From Malacoraja senta (lineage: Eukaryota), in NCBI GenBank assembly GCA_038087875.1, contig CM075984.1, positions 11,966,001-12,030,000 on the forward strand: a stretch of 64,000 bases of DNA. Reading direction: 5' to 3'. A program made the translations under genes and the position numbers. This document shows, piece after piece, positions 1-13,737 of this stretch (positions are counted from its first letter, which is position 1; every line of letters begins with the position of its first letter). A model generated the notes under the pieces. It saw nothing but the letters and a program-made list of their open reading frames with translations, did no database searches and was not told the DNA's origin.

Positions 1-861
1 GAAAAGGTTGTGCTCAGATTTTGCAATGAAATGTTTTGCTTGGATTCAGGAGTCCTTACAATGGGAGTGTATGGGATGTGGTTTGCTTCACTGGAATTTT
101 ATGCTTGGATACAATTATCCTTGGATCAGGTCTAGGTTTATCTTACGTCGGCTAGATCCTAAAAACAGGATAGCGCTGTTAGGCAATGTGAGGAGAAGTT
201 CCCAACATTGTTCCTCTGAATAATCAGTGTTTATAATTACCATATCATGAGATGGGGGAAAGGGCTGTGGGATTATCATGCATTCATTATTATTTGATGA
301 ATTGCATATTGTTCGGTTGTGACATCTTTAATCGGAGTGCATTTCCTAGGTGGAGAGACAATGTAACAATTGTCATAAAACTGTCACCAAGCCAAACAAT
401 TGCTTCCCAAAGGAAGGAGACTGAAATGTGAAAGGTCTGATTCAGACCAGGTGGCAATGGAGACACCAAGACTAAAGGAGGCATTACGAAATCTATAGAA
501 ATGTTGTTTCTTTTTTTTTTAAATGACGAGTTATGCGAGTCTCCATTGAAACCAGCAGTATGTCACATTACAATAGCAAATTAATGCAAGTGGTCAGTGT
601 GGTCACCGGTAAGTGGGACATTTCAATGATTACAGTCTCCAGCCAGCAGAACAATGCAGCATCCAGTCAATAGAATTATTCAATGACGGCAAGTTCCGGG
701 AAACGAAACAATTAGTGACAGGGAGGTTACCCCTTCCAGCCAGCATCTCAGAGTGGGATGTAGAATGGGTCCCGATTATGCCACTGGCTCCAATACTCAG
801 TTAGGAGGACCCTGTGATGAGTAACCTTGCTGCCTGTTACTGGAACAAACCACCAGCCAGT

Positions 862-943
862 CCTGATGAGAAACGTCACCCATCCATTGCCTCCACAGAT
901 GCTGCCTGACCCGCTGAGTTCTCCAGCGCTTTGTTTTGCTCAA
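862..943 (+). mobile_element. Penelope-derived 3' tail remnant (hammerhead stem II deleted)
   Basis: ctgatga-gaaacgtcacc followed by gatgctgcctgacccgctgagttctccagc. Confidence 0.7.
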
Positions 944-1315
944 GCCATCAATCGGATTGGGAATGCTTTAGCTGAACCACCTTTCATCCCCCCTCCCCAC
1001 CCCCCCACTCCATCTTTGTGTTCTTCCAAGTTTGGACGGGGTGGAGGTTCTAAAAAAAAGTTAACCTCTGGTGTTGGAGAAAGGATTAAATGACCATTTT
1101 ATTCTGCTGAAGTTGTGAAATGGATAATATGGTATCAGCAAACTCCAATGCATTTCCTCTGGGATACCTCTCCATTGACTTCAAACTTACTAACCAGGAA
1201 CACAATATGCTGTCACAATCAGAATTAAATCAACATGGCAACCACAGTATTTCAGCAAGCGACACTGAGAGACATTTCAGTGCAATAAACTATACTAAAA
1301 TTGACCATTAAACTT

Positions 1316-1414
1316 CGTCTGAAGAAGGGTCTCGACCCAAAACATCACCCATTCCTTCTCTCCAGAGAGGCTGCCTGTCCCCATTTAATGAGTTAATCCA
1401 GCATTTTGTGTCCA
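1316..1414 (+). mobile_element. Penelope-derived tail with decayed hammerhead motif
   Basis: ctgaagaagggtctcgacccaaaacatcacc followed by the shared tail. Confidence 0.75.
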
Positions 1415-3874
1415 CTTTAATTAAACGAAAGCTGTGCTTATAGATTTATAGGCAGCGAGATATCAATTAGTACAATCAGTGATCAACTGAATGTTGGATT
1501 CAAATCTTGTTACCGTTCTATCTCTATAAATGCTGACTGACCGGCAGAGGATTTGTTTCCTATTTCACGTTCCCATAGCTGTTACTCAGTGGCAAACAGC
1601 TCAGCAAAATAACAGAGAAAAGCCAAACAACAAAAAATTGATCTGAATTGAATTTAATTAAAAAGAATGCGATCGTGGAATGCAAACAGAAAATATCAAG
1701 TGATTTACATGAAAAAAAGACAGGATTTACCACTTTGTTTGCATTGAATGATGGTTGCTAGGCTTCCAGTCAGAACTAAAACTTGTCTTTGATTCTATTT
1801 TTCTTTAAAACTGGAGGTGTGAAAGGTAGGTAAGGAGACCAGTGTTTATTCTGGAGTACAAAAGGGTCCTATTCTGCCTTTGTCCTACATTCATAATAAA
1901 GCTTTCTCTGCTGTATCAGGGAGAGATTGCTCCTTTTCAAAAGCAAGACATAGGTGACTAAGATCAGATTGAAAGCTAACATCCAATCTGAGACTCACAC
2001 AAAGTGCCATCGCTTGCTTTTATCACCTCACAGCTGCAGAGAAATAATACAGCTCCACATTACCCCAAGATAACTATCAAATAGTTCCAAGCCTTATCTG
2101 AAGACCTCCTACTTGCAGCTGTCTGTGTGTATAAGTGCATACAAGAGGCTTACTCCTGGCCTTATTCCAGCAGGACACTTGGTAACATAAATCTACTCGA
2201 GGCTCAACCTTACCAAGCAAGAGTTCTCACTAGTTGCCGCACCCCGCTACTTTAAGGCACGGCTGAGCGGTGTTGAATTTAGCAGGCAAGCTCATGTAAT
2301 TATAATTAAAGGCTAACAATCACCACTGATCGAGTGTCTCTGTTTCACTCTTGATACTGAAAGACTGTCCTCGCACAAAGACGTTGTTCAGTGGGTGACG
2401 AGTGGTGCTTATTCATTCCTTTGCCATTTCTTTGCCCCAGATGGAAGAGGCAGAGAAACAGAAACTGCTAGGGGCACTTGAGTCAGTTCCTCAACAGCCA
2501 GGTACTTCAACAAACTCCCTCCAGTCAAAAATGACTAGTGTTCAGTCTGTTATAGTCAACTATTAAATATTCCATTGCTGGCTTTCTTTCAGCATTCCTT
2601 CTGTATCTCTTGGCATCAGCCATTATAATTACTCTGCAACTCTCGCACATACTTCATTATTCTGCCTGAGTTCATGTTTCTCACAGTGTTTACAGCTGTG
2701 GTATCACCTGTACATCTAAAATAAAGAGACACAATTCTTAGTCACTTTTCCTCACAGATTTACCATTCACTCACATCTGCGTTCTCCCACAGAAGAAATA
2801 AAACAAGGACATAAGCTTTTAGTCACAGTTGGCAGTTGATGAAGTGGAGGGTGGGTATGAGGGAAACAGAGAGTTAACCATTAGAAAAATCAGTGCAATT
2901 TGCCCACTCAGTCACATAAGCCCATAATCAACAAGGGGCCATTCATATTTTAGCAACTCGCCCTTCAACCACCTATTTTGCGATTTGGATCAGCCCTGTG
3001 GACCTGTTGGGTAACGTGAATTAGATGAGATTTTCATCTGAACTGCTTTGACATTTTATATGATCATTGTACCGCAAAACAATTTTACAAATGAGCTGTC
3101 AAGATTCCTAATCCTTCCCACAAAGTTCACTGTTGGGGACACTTCATCTCAGCACTAGACCCTGAAATTTAAAAAAAAAGGTTGCTGATCACAAAATGAG
3201 TGAACACAGTAGTCTGGGTGTTTTCTTAACGCTGTTGTACAAAAGTTGCAGTGGAGTTAAATTGACGATTTTTCACCCTGGAATGCCCGTATTAGTACTA
3301 TTGATTAGCTTTCAATAACTACAAATGTTTGCTTCCATAAGCATTTAAAACAAGTAATGACACCAAACAGAACCCTAACTAAATATAAAAGAAAAGTGTC
3401 CAAGAGGTAGGTCATGGATACAAATTCTACAACGTCTCTCTGTCATTTTAAATAATCTTCCCAAGAAGATATCGGCTCATTTTCCTCTCTGCTTTGGACT
3501 GTTCACTCTCCAAATATATTTGTCAAACTTTATAAAGGAATGAAAATATTGTTATAATTACAGCAACAAATACCTTCCTTTCAGCACCTTGCCCTGGGGT
3601 GGATTCTATGCTCTGAGCCCATTCATAACATCATCATCACACTGAGGCCAATCTGAGTTTGGGAATATCTAGCCAACCATCACAAATTTTAAATCTGAGC
3701 ATCATATCCGAAAATCACTTTAAAATTAACTAGTCAGCAATTACTGTAAGGTGGACTTCACTGATGCAAATATCAATTGTAATTTTTTGAAAGGAAGAAT
3801 AAAAGTTTGTAAGTTCAAGTTGTTCAGTAAGACCAGCTTAATTTATCTACAGAATCATTGTTCTTCTTGCCACG

Positions 3875-4338
3875 TGTCCATCCATCACACGGACCAGACT
3901 TCCCACCAATGACTCCAGCTACCCTTCACGGTGTCTTGGAAGAAGAGCCAACATAATCAAAGACTTGTCCCACCCTAACCATTCCTTCTTCTCCCTGCTG
4001 CCATATGACAGAAGGTACAGAAGCTTGAAAGTGTGCACCACCAGACTCAGGAACAGCTTCTTCCCTTCTGTTATCAGGCTTCTGATCATTTCCTTCCATT
4101 TGCTAGGGCACTGTCCAATTCACCTCGGCCCCAATGTGGACATTGGACTTTGTCTATGTAACTGATGCGCAACAATGCTGAGAACTATATACTGCACTCT
4201 GTACCTTCCACTTTGATCCATCTATTGTACTTGAGTTTGATGATTGCATTTATGTATGATAGATCTGACAGCACACAAAATAAAGCTTTTCACTGTACCT
4301 ATACATATGACAATAATAAATCTGACGCCAAAACCTAA
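3875..4338 (+). mobile_element. Rex-Babar LINE 3' fragment
   Basis: ORF 3965-4165 contains HPNHSFFSLLP..RRYRSL...TTRLRNSFFP, the typical Rex1/Babar ORF2 C-terminus. 3'UTR ends gacaataataaa. Confidence 0.85.
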
Positions 4339-4454
4339 AGAGTTTTTAGGTACCCCTTCAACTCACAGACCATCCAGTCAAGCTAATGTATCTCTAGTCC
4401 TTCGCTGTTGTTGGGTCTAAGTCATGAATCTCCTGACAATCAGGTGGACACTAA

Positions 4455-4719
4455 ATGTAGGAAGGAACTGCAGATGGTGGTTCACACCGAAGATAGACAT
4501 AAAATGCTGTAGTAACTAGCAGGTCAGGCAGCTTCTCTGGAGTAAAGGAATAGATGATGTTTTGGATGAAGAAGGATTCCAACCCGAAACGTCGCCTATT
4601 CCTTTTCTCCAGAGATGCTGCCTGACCCATTGAGTTACTACAGCATTTTGTATCTATCGTCAGTCTAAACCACCATCTGCAGTTCTTTCCTACATACTCC
4701 AGCATTTTATGTCCATCTT
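4455..4719. mobile_element. Fold-back Penelope-derived element
   Basis: Left arm is the reverse complement of the right arm, the junction is at the hammerhead motif, and aggtggaca occurs on both flanks. Confidence 0.8.
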
Positions 4720-5245
4720 AGGTGGACAATTAAAACTGATACAGACAGGCTAAGCTGAATGGTTTCTTCTGTGTTTATGTTCAATGTAATTCTATGAATA
4801 TTCAACTCTACCCATTATCAACAAACTCAGCACTTGCTAACCATGTAATACAGTTTTTCTGTGTAAAACAGACTTTAACCATGAACTGAATTGTCATTAC
4901 TTAAAAACAAACATTTAAATGTAAAAATTCTTCATCAAAACGTAATTGCTATGTATAGCTTGCATAATCCTCAAAGGCTGCAATATGAATCTTACCTTAT
5001 TGATTCTTCCAATGTTTGTTATTAATTACAGTGGATGTCCCGCTAATCAATAATGTACAAACCTGTGTACTTTAACAAAAAATTTAAATGGTCTCGCAAC
5101 TGGTGATCAACATAATTAACAGGACCAGATTACCTTTATTTCCCTTCTCCTGTGCCCAATGTATACATTATTAATCATTAATAAAGAGGATGTTATTTAT
5201 TAAGTTGAGCTATCTTAATATGGATTGCAACATTGATGAAAATTA

Positions 5246-5478
5246 AAGATAGACACAAAATGCTGGAGTAACTCAGCGGGACAGGCAGCATCTCTGGGGA
5301 GAAGGAAAGGGTGACATTTTGGCTCGAGACCTTTCTTCAGATTGAGTCTGAAGAAGGGTCTTGACCTGAAATATCACCCATTCCTTCTCTCCAGAGATGC
5401 TGCCTGTCCCGTTGAGTTACTCCAGCATTTTGTGTCTATCTTCGGTTTAAACCAGCATCTGCAGTTCTTTCGTACACG
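5246..5478. mobile_element. Fold-back Penelope-derived element with 11-bp TSD
   Basis: About 95-bp inverted arms centred on cttcagattgagtctgaag; gatgaaaatta at 5235-5245 and 5479-5489. Confidence 0.88.
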
Positions 5479-5529
5479 GATGAAAATTATACCGACTTGA
5501 CTGAGTATTGGGAACAATGTCATACTGCC

Positions 5530-6309
5530 CAGTTAAGAACAAGAAGGCAGATTATTATCTAAACAGGGTCAGATTAGGAAAAGGGGAGTTGCAACGAGAC
5601 CTGGTTGTCCTTGTACATCATCATTGAAAGTAAGCATGCAGGTAGAGTAGGCAGTGAAGACAACAAATGGCATGTTGGCCTTCATAGCGAGAGGATTTGA
5701 GCAGAGGAGCAAGGAGGTCTTACTGCAGTTGTACAGGGCCCTGGCGAGACCACACCTGGAGTATTGTGTGCAGTTTTGGTCTCCTAAGTTGTGGAAGAAC
5801 ATTCTTGCTATTTAGGGAGTGTAGCGTAGGTTCGCCAGGTTAATTCCCGGGATGGTGGGACTGACATATGAGGAAAAAACAGTTCAATCGGCCTTGTATT
5901 CACTGGAATTTAGAAGGATGAGAGAGGATCTTATAGAAACATGTAAAATTGTTAAGGGATTGGACAGGGTAGATGCAGGAAAAAAAATCCCTTTGTTGGG
6001 GGAGTCCAGAACCAAGGGTCACAGTTTAAGAATGAGGGGTAGGCCATTTAGGAATGAGACGAGGAAAAACATTTTCACCCAGAGTTGTGAATCTGTGGAA
6101 TTCTCTGCCACAGAAGTCAGTGGAGGCCAATTCACTGGATGTTTTCAAGAGAGAGTTAGATATACTGTAGCTCTTAGGACTAAGGGAATCAAGGGATATG
6201 GGGGGGAAACAGGAATGGGGTACTGATTTTGGACGATCAGCCATGATCATATTGAATTGTTGAAAGGGCCGAATGGCCTACACCGGCACCTATTTTCTAT
6301 GTTTCTATG
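5530..6309 (+). mobile_element. CR1 LINE 3' fragment
   Basis: LYRALARPHLEYCVQFWSP and LYSLEFRRMREDLIET motifs; tail gaagggccgaatggcc...ttctatgtttctatg. Confidence 0.93.
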
Positions 6310-6577
6310 TACGGCACACCAAACGTAGAGCAAACCAAACTGCTTTATTGAATGGGGCCTGAAGTAACAGTAATGTGCTGGTTAACAGTATCTCCTCATT
6401 TGGCAGTGGGGCATTTCCACAAGTACATGGTTTGTCATGCCAGTCAGAACATTAACTATTTTACTTGTAAACGTTACAATGAATATGAAAAGTGCATTCA
6501 AGGAATAATTAAAGGAGTGAAGATACGGAGAGAAATGTTGATTTATGTCATTTACCACAATAATTTTGAGATCTAAA

Positions 6578-6901
6578 GGCGGCACGGTGGCATAGCAGTA
6601 GAGCTAATGCCTTACAGCGCCAGAGACCCGGGTTTGATCTTGACTACGGGTGCTTGTCTTTACAGAGTTTGTACGTTCTCCCCTTGACCTGCGTGGGTTT
6701 TCTCAGAGATCTTCGGTTTTCACCCTCTCTCCAAAAACGTACAGGTTTGTAGGTTAATTAGCTTTGTATAAAAGTAAAATTGTCCCTAGTGTGTGTAGGG
6801 TAGTGCTAATGTGTGGGGATCATTGGTCGCTGTGTACTTCAGTGGGCTGAAGGGCCTGTTTCTCCTCTGTATCTCTAAACAAAACTAAACAAAATTAAAC
6901 T
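6578..6901 (+). mobile_element. HE1/V-SINE-like tRNA-derived SINE, full length
   Basis: A/B-box head ggcacggtggc...gggtttgatc, V-domain gagtttgtacgttctcccc...gtgggttt, CR1-type tail and (ctaaa)n end. Confidence 0.88.
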
Positions 6902-7159
6902 AATAATTATGTTGAATGGCATGGGACGCTTTGGATTGTAAATCAATCACTCAAAAGTTATAAATTTAAAATCACAATTGAAATACTGAAGGAATATGTG
7001 AGGCTTCTGAGGCTTTTTCCAATCCAATTTCTAGGTAACCATGTCTTAATAAACACACTGATTTGTTATGACATGGTTGCCTAGAAATTCGATTGGGAAG
7101 ATAAAACTCTTATGTTAGGTTTTTTTTTTACAAGTAAATCATACTTGATTTACTTGTTA

Positions 7160-7448
7160 AAAAAACGGGCCCTTTGGCCCACTGTGTGTGTGCCGCCCAG
7201 CGACCAGTGCACTACACCAGCATTCTAGCACTATCCTACACACTAGGTACAATTTACAATTTTTTCTGAAGCCAATTAACCTACAAACCCACACGGCTTT
7301 GAAGTATGGGAGGAAACTGGAGCATCCAGGGAAAACCCACGTGGTCACGGCAAGAAAGTAAACCTCCATACAGACAGCACCGGTAGTCAGGATTGAACCC
7401 GGGTCTCTGGCGCTGTAAAGCAGCAATTCTACTGCCTCAGCACTGTGG
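7160..7448 (-). mobile_element. HE1/V-SINE-like SINE
   Basis: Reverse complement of the same head, V-domain and tail. Confidence 0.85.
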
Positions 7449-7511
7449 TCAGTTATGAATTATACCACCATGGGTGACATATTTTCACCATAGATCACAT
7501 ATATTCTTCCG

Positions 7512-7626
7512 ATCTGAAAAGTCACCCATCCTTTTTCTCCAGAGATGCTGCCTGACCCGCTGAGTTACTCCAGCACTTTGTGTCTATCTTTGGTATAAAC
7601 CAGCATCTGCAGTTCCTTCTTACTCA
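7512..7626 (+). mobile_element. Penelope-derived tail
   Basis: gaaaagtcaccc...gatgctgcctgacccgctgagttactccagc...ccagcatctgcagttcc. Confidence 0.78.
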
Positions 7627-7804
7627 TCTATGTTCTGCCCATGTCTTGGCAATTAGATAAACAACAATCTTCACATGTACGGTATTTTTCGTGCCTAAAA
7701 CACCAGAATTATATTTTAAAAGGAAGAGACCTTGGATACTGGATAGAAATTGAGGTATTGGGAAGACTAAGGAAATGTTGATACTAGTAACTTCAGCAAT
7801 TTAC

Positions 7805-7910
7805 TGGAGGAACTCAGCGGGTCGAGTAGCGTCTGTGGACGCAGTGGACAGGTGGCGTTTTGGGTCAGGGCACTTCGTCATATCCAGTCCTGATGTAAAG
7901 TATCGCCTAT
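7805..7910. mobile_element. Degenerate Penelope-derived tail, partial fold-back
   Basis: ctggaggaactcagcgggtc... (minus arm) followed by cctgatg...tcgcctat (plus remnant). Confidence 0.55.
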
Positions 7911-8248
7911 GGTGGAGGCACATTTCAGTGAAGATGGCCGAAGGTTAGCCTTTGATAATTGAGAGTAGAGTGTAGGGCAGGAACAAGCATCACTAAGAGA
8001 AAGAGGATAAGAATGTAACGCTAATGTAGATTTCCCCACCCCATCTACATCGAGTAAGTGGAATCTGGACCGCAAGGTGTAAACAAAATTGATTGGCGAG
8101 GAACAGTGCAAATAGTTGAAAGAGAACATGTACCATTAATGCGCTTAACCGTGTGATGAGGAATCATTTCTGCCAGTTCTGGATTATCTCAATGGTCTTG
8201 GCAGTGAGAACAACATAGCAAAGAGAACACAGCTTCCGTGGTCAAGGA

Positions 8249-8555
8249 GTGGCACGGTGGCGCATCGGTAGAGTTACTGCCTTAAGGCGCCAGAGACCCG
8301 GGTTTGATCCTGACTATGGGTGCTGTCTGTAGAGAGTTTGTACATTCTCCCTGTGACCGCGTGGGTTTTCACTGGGTGCTCCGGTTTCCTCCCACACTCC
8401 AAAGACGTACAGGTTTGTAGGCTAATTGGCTTAGTAAAATTGTAAATTATCCCTAGTGTGTGTAGGAAAGTGTCAGTATGCGGGGATTGCTGGTCGGCGC
8501 AGACTCGGTGGGCTGAAGGGCCTGTTTCCATGCTGTATCTCTAAACTAAACTAAA
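8249..8555 (+). mobile_element. HE1/V-SINE-like SINE, full length
   Basis: Same structure as 6578-6901. Confidence 0.9.
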
Positions 8556-9635
8556 AAGGCAAGGCAAAGGTAAGACAGAAACATATTTGAGCAATAGTTT
8601 GTATTGCTTCAAGGGGGCAAATTTGTAAATGGACCAGTTATTGAAGTACATGCTCGGAACTGAATAGAAAAGCAAGATTATATGTTAGCGTTTACTTCAG
8701 GTAAGCAGCTAAAAAACTGATAAGACAATTCCTTATAGGAAGATTTAGGATTTTTGCTAACCAACTGATGCATAGGTTCGCCACTCATCTAGGAGTTGAT
8801 GAGTCAGATATTCGGTCAATTTAACAACAAAGGTCAAAGGTCTAAGGTTAAAAGTAGTTACAGGTGGAATAGCTGAGTTTTCCAAAAGTGGCCCAGCATC
8901 GTTGTTCCAGCCAATACATTGATAATACTTGGATTAAAGAATATGGCTTGGATTAAAGAATAAAGAATAAGAAACAGTATGTATAGTTAAAAGTAGAAGA
9001 AAAATATGTATAAACCATTAAAGTATAGGTTATATTTTCCTTGACTTGTAACCTCCTTCTAAGTAAATTGGTGTAAAATTGAACATGAGGATTTGGCTAA
9101 TTTGTGCTATTCCAAAGATTAAACAGTAAAACGAGACTGCCTGGACCTTAGCAGACATCTCTGTGTCTTTTATCTTGTCAGCAATTCCCCAGTGCACATC
9201 ATTAGCAGAATGTCAGAAAGGTGTGAATAAGCTGTTTTTCCTGACCACTCCCAAAAGGAATTCAAGATAACAGTTAAGCAATGCAAACAAAGATCATAGC
9301 TGTCTGGAGGACAGTCCGCTCAGCTGCAGTGTTGGGTCTGTGGCAATAAAAGCATTAGTCATGAGTGTGTGTGTAATTCCAAAGAACTGTTAAAGGCTGG
9401 TAAAGTAATTGACTGACTCAGTATTATTAAAGTGTAAGAAACAGGAAAAAGGGACATCCTTATCTGTTGCTACAAAAACTGATGGGACTTCAACTTCTTT
9501 CTTCAAAACACCTTGCGGACATGCAAATGGCTATATTTTTGTTGGCTATACTTGTGGAGAATTATCATGCTTTTATGGATTTCACCTTATGGAATTACTT
9601 TGTCCGCTGCATCAAAGATGTTAACCTCTATGTGG

Positions 9636-10265
9636 ATGTTGCCAGGATTCGAGGACCTGAGCTATAGGGAGAGGTTGGGCAGGCCAGCATTTTTTACGCA
9701 AAACGCAGGAGGCTGAGGTGTGATTTTATAGAGGTGCATAAAAGCATAAGGGCAATAGATGGGGTGATTGTGTGGAATCTTTTACTCGGAATAGCGTAAT
9801 CAAGAACCAGAGGACATAAGGGTTTTAATAGGATACAAAGTGGAATGAATAGGTGACGTTTTGGATCGGGACCCTTCTTCAGTCTGAAGATCTGATGAAA
9901 AGTTCCTAACTGAAATTTCACCTATCAATGTTCTTCACAAATGCTGCCTGACCCGCTGAGTTACTTCAGCACTTTGTGTCTCTTCATGTAAACCAGCATC
10001 TGCAGTCCCTTGTATCTAAGATTTAATAGGAACCTGAGGGGCGACTTTTTTAAACTCAGAGGGTGATGGGTATATGGAACGAGCTGCAGAGGAGGCATAT
10101 GAGGCAGGTAACATAACAGCATTTAAAATACACTTGGACAGGAACATGGATAAAAAATATTTTGTAGAATGTGGGCACAAACAAATGGAACTAGCTTAGA
10201 TGGGGCATCTAGTTTGGCATGGACAAGTTGGGCTGAAGGGCATGTTTCTGTGCTGTAACACTGTA
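9636..10265 (+). mobile_element. CR1 3' fragment interrupted by a fold-back Penelope element
   Basis: MLPGFEDLSYRERLGR motif and CR1 tail. Insertion at about 9834-10017 with tttaatagga at 9824-9833 and 10022-10031. Confidence 0.85.
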
Positions 10266-10446
10266 CTAAAATAGTAGATGATAAATGTATCACTGAAAAA
10301 CAATCCTCTCTAAATAAAGTGAATCAGATATTTAATGAATCGTAGTGACCAATCACTTCTAACATTCTTCAGGTTAGGGAATTTCTGCAACTGGCACATT
10401 TGGTGGTCCCACAATCTGCAACCAAAACCAAACAAACTTTGGATTT

Positions 10447-10653
10447 GTGTAGGAAGGAACTGCAGATGCTGGTTTAAACCAAAGATAGACACAGAATGCT
10501 GGAGAGTAACTCAGTGGGACAGGCAGCATCTCTGGAGAGAAGGAATGGGTGACTTTTCGGGTCAAGGCCCTTCTTCAGACAGAAACGTCACCCATTCCTT
10601 CTCTCCAGAGATGCTGCCTGTCCCAGTGAGTTACTCTCCAGCATTTTGTGTCT
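10447..10653. mobile_element. Fold-back Penelope-derived element with 12-bp TSD
   Basis: Inverted arms; aactttggattt at 10435-10446 and 10654-10665. Confidence 0.88.
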
Positions 10654-10837
10654 AACTTTGGATTTATTTTCCCACAAGGTCCCACAAACTTATTTGCATA
10701 TTACTGGATAATGCATGAACCAGGACAATTTAGCAAAGTTTTATGATGCTCTAAAGGCATTATTAAATATATTCATGATTTTGATTACTACAGCTGAAAA
10801 TGGGTCCAATCATAGAAGGAAGTGTTTTCAATAGGTC

Positions 10838-10958
10838 ACCAGAGATTGCAGATGTTGGAATCTTGAGCAAAACATAAAGTCCTGGAGGAACTTTAGTCCA
10901 GTCCACCCATTCCACAGATGTTGCCTGACCCACTGCGTTCCTCCAGCACTTTGTGTTT
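10838..10958. mobile_element. Degenerate fold-back Penelope-derived element
   Basis: tgcagatgttgga...ctggaggaact (minus arm) and gatgttgcctgaccc...ctccagcactttg (plus arm). Confidence 0.6.
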
Positions 10959-11159
10959 TTAATTAAATTGTCTCGCTCACTATATGCAAGGCTTCAAAGT
11001 GCAGAAAATACTTTAAAAACCATACAGAATCAATTGCCAGTTTCCTTGTGCAAAGAATATACTTAAATATATATTTATGTACATTCAAAAGCTTTCAAAA
11101 TGTTATTCTTGCACGTTATTAACTGATACTTCATTTAAAGATCTACCTTGATAACCCAC

Positions 11160-11445
11160 AGGGGTTCAGTGCTAGAGTTGCTGCCTTACAGCGCCAGAGA
11201 ACCGGGTTCGATCCTGGCTGCGGGTGCTGTCTGTACGGAGTTTGTACATTTTCCCTGTGACTCCGTGGGTTTTCTCCAGGTGCTCCGATTCCTCCCACAT
11301 TCCAAAGACGTACAGGTTTGTAGGTCAATTGGTTTTGGTAAAAATTGCAAACTGTCCCTGGTGTGTCGGGCAGTGATAGTGTACAGTGTAGTCAGTGTAG
11401 ACCCAGTTGGCCGATGGGCCAGTTTCCACACTATATCTCTAAGCT
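11160..11445 (+). mobile_element. HE1/V-SINE-like SINE
   Basis: B box gggttcgatcc, V-domain and CR1-type tail. Confidence 0.87.
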
Positions 11446-13737
11446 ACAAAAAAATGTTATGGTGCATAATCTGAATCTAGAATTTGCCCGCTTTTATGAG
11501 CAGCGACAAATTCCATCATGATTTTTTCTTTTAAACTAGGCTAAATTATTGCAGAAACTTCATTTGAACTAACAGTGCTTAAAATTGTGGAATCTTTTGC
11601 TATGCTGTGGCTTATTTTATGCTGGGAGAACACATTCAATCGAATGGAAACCCTGAGCAGCCCAGGGCCTAAGCATGTGTTTTATGCTTGTATGTGTGAG
11701 ATCTCTGGCCTGGAAATACATTGTGCAAATATTAGCATAAGAATGCTTAAGGGATTCATATGAAATTCCCTTGACTGCTATTTATATAACCCACTTAGAA
11801 TTAACAGATTACCATTTTCATTAGTATGAAACAGTGGAATTCAATACCAACAAATTAACCATTCTTATGCTACTATTTATACATGGTAATTTCAAAGCTT
11901 CTGTTTATTAATAAACTGCTTAGAATAAAGACTCGTTGTCAGAATTAATAGGAATCATTGCAAAATTCCCACTTAAAAAAAGAGAACGCATGTCAAGACT
12001 CTCCATAAAGCATGAAGCCATACTGTGCTATATTAACATACAAATGCCTGTAGACTTTTGAAAGAAATTCTTTTGTCCACTGTTTTCATATAATGGTTAG
12101 CCTATGTAATCATCATATAATGCAATTTCATTGCATAACTTATATACATTGAATGTGGTAACATATTCTACTACTTAACAAAACAAAGGTACAAAAATTA
12201 TCCATTGACACAAGAAGATTATTATCCTCATCTGGAAAAAAAACATGATTAGGAAACTAAAGCTCAGCTTTGCAGCAATATTATTATCTACTCTCAGATT
12301 CTGCCACTGCCTCAGTGATCAATTTCAGGTCAGTTTCGGCCATCCATCCATCAGGCCTACCATCACTCTGTACTTAACTTGATTTACCAACAAACCCATC
12401 AATAATTACATTACCGTAATAAAATAAAATCAACAGTTTAGAAAGAAAACTAATCAGAATAAGAACAAGCAGATCTCACAATGAACAGGTTGAGGGAAAA
12501 TAAATATTTTGTGTAATGCAGCTAAATTTTTATTTTTTTAAAATCATTCCTAAGCCAAAGTTTCAATATAATCCCACCCAATGAAAAACAAATAAAGCAT
12601 TCTAATAGATGAATGGTTCCCGGCTGTGGTGTTGACTATAATCCAATTGTTCTTTTGTAATTCGGTCAGTTCTTTATACATAAACTACAAAATGTTCTGT
12701 TTATTTTGCCAGTGATATTTGTTATTATCTAATATTGTCTTCAGTTGTACTGCTGAACTTCTTCACATCTCTTTAAACGTCTGGTTAGCTGACTTTATAT
12801 CATCTATTCCAACACTATACTAATTGCAGGACTGATCTCTTACCCTGTCACCCATTCCCATTTACCTGCCCACCTAGTTTTGGCATCTAGCCCCCTCCTT
12901 GGTGAATCATTCTGGTTAATACAGTAAGCAGGCCTTGTCCGTGACTTGCTACGTATTTGTAGAGGTTTCTGATTTTATTATAGACTTTTCACATCTACAT
13001 CAGTATATTTTGCATTCAGAAAGCGTCACCTTTCTTAGGTATGGTCCCTCCTCCCTTTCAAAGGCATCACTGAGGCAATCCTGAGCAGAAGATATCCCTT
13101 TATGATATGTTGCGAATCTATTGTTAACTCTTTCTACTGGATGAAGGGCAACGCCAAGCAAAATGACTTTACACATGGTGAAATCTAATAAACTGTGATA
13201 GTCTTTTCTTTTCCATCTTTGCATGCAAGGAACTGTTATGTTTTGACAATGTTATCAACCTTTTCTCATCAATTCTGCTCTCCACCCATCTCAGCTTGCA
13301 AAACTGAAATGATAACTCTGTTTCTTTCACCACAGACGCTGCCTGACCTGCTGAGTATTTTCATGTTTTTCTGATTTGCCTACAGGTTTCCAGATCTGCA
13401 ATATCTTGCTTTGTTATCATCTCCTACATCTATTTCCCTTTCTACATCCTTGTCTACTTGCCCACGGAAATGATGATTGGAATTTTAATCCACCTGCTAC
13501 ATCAAAGAGAAGGGTAAAGTCATGAATGTTGATTACTTTGACATTGTCCATGTTGCCTTATTCCACGGGAGAGACCTGTCTCAATTATATCCACCTTTAT
13601 TCATCAAATGCATACAAACTGCCTCTACCAATAATTTCACTTGTCACCTTTGTACATCCACATCTTTTGCAGTTCCCCTCTTCTATCCAATCATCCCTAC
13701 TGCCATCATGCTATTAAGCACTACAATCTCTAAATAA

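Noticed and set aside
6578-6650. tRNA genes at SINE 5' ends
   Set aside because: The A/B boxes run directly into the V-domain and LINE tail, so these are SINE heads.
8928-8975. Short tandem duplication cttggattaaagaata
   Set aside because: Ordinary slippage with no further structure.
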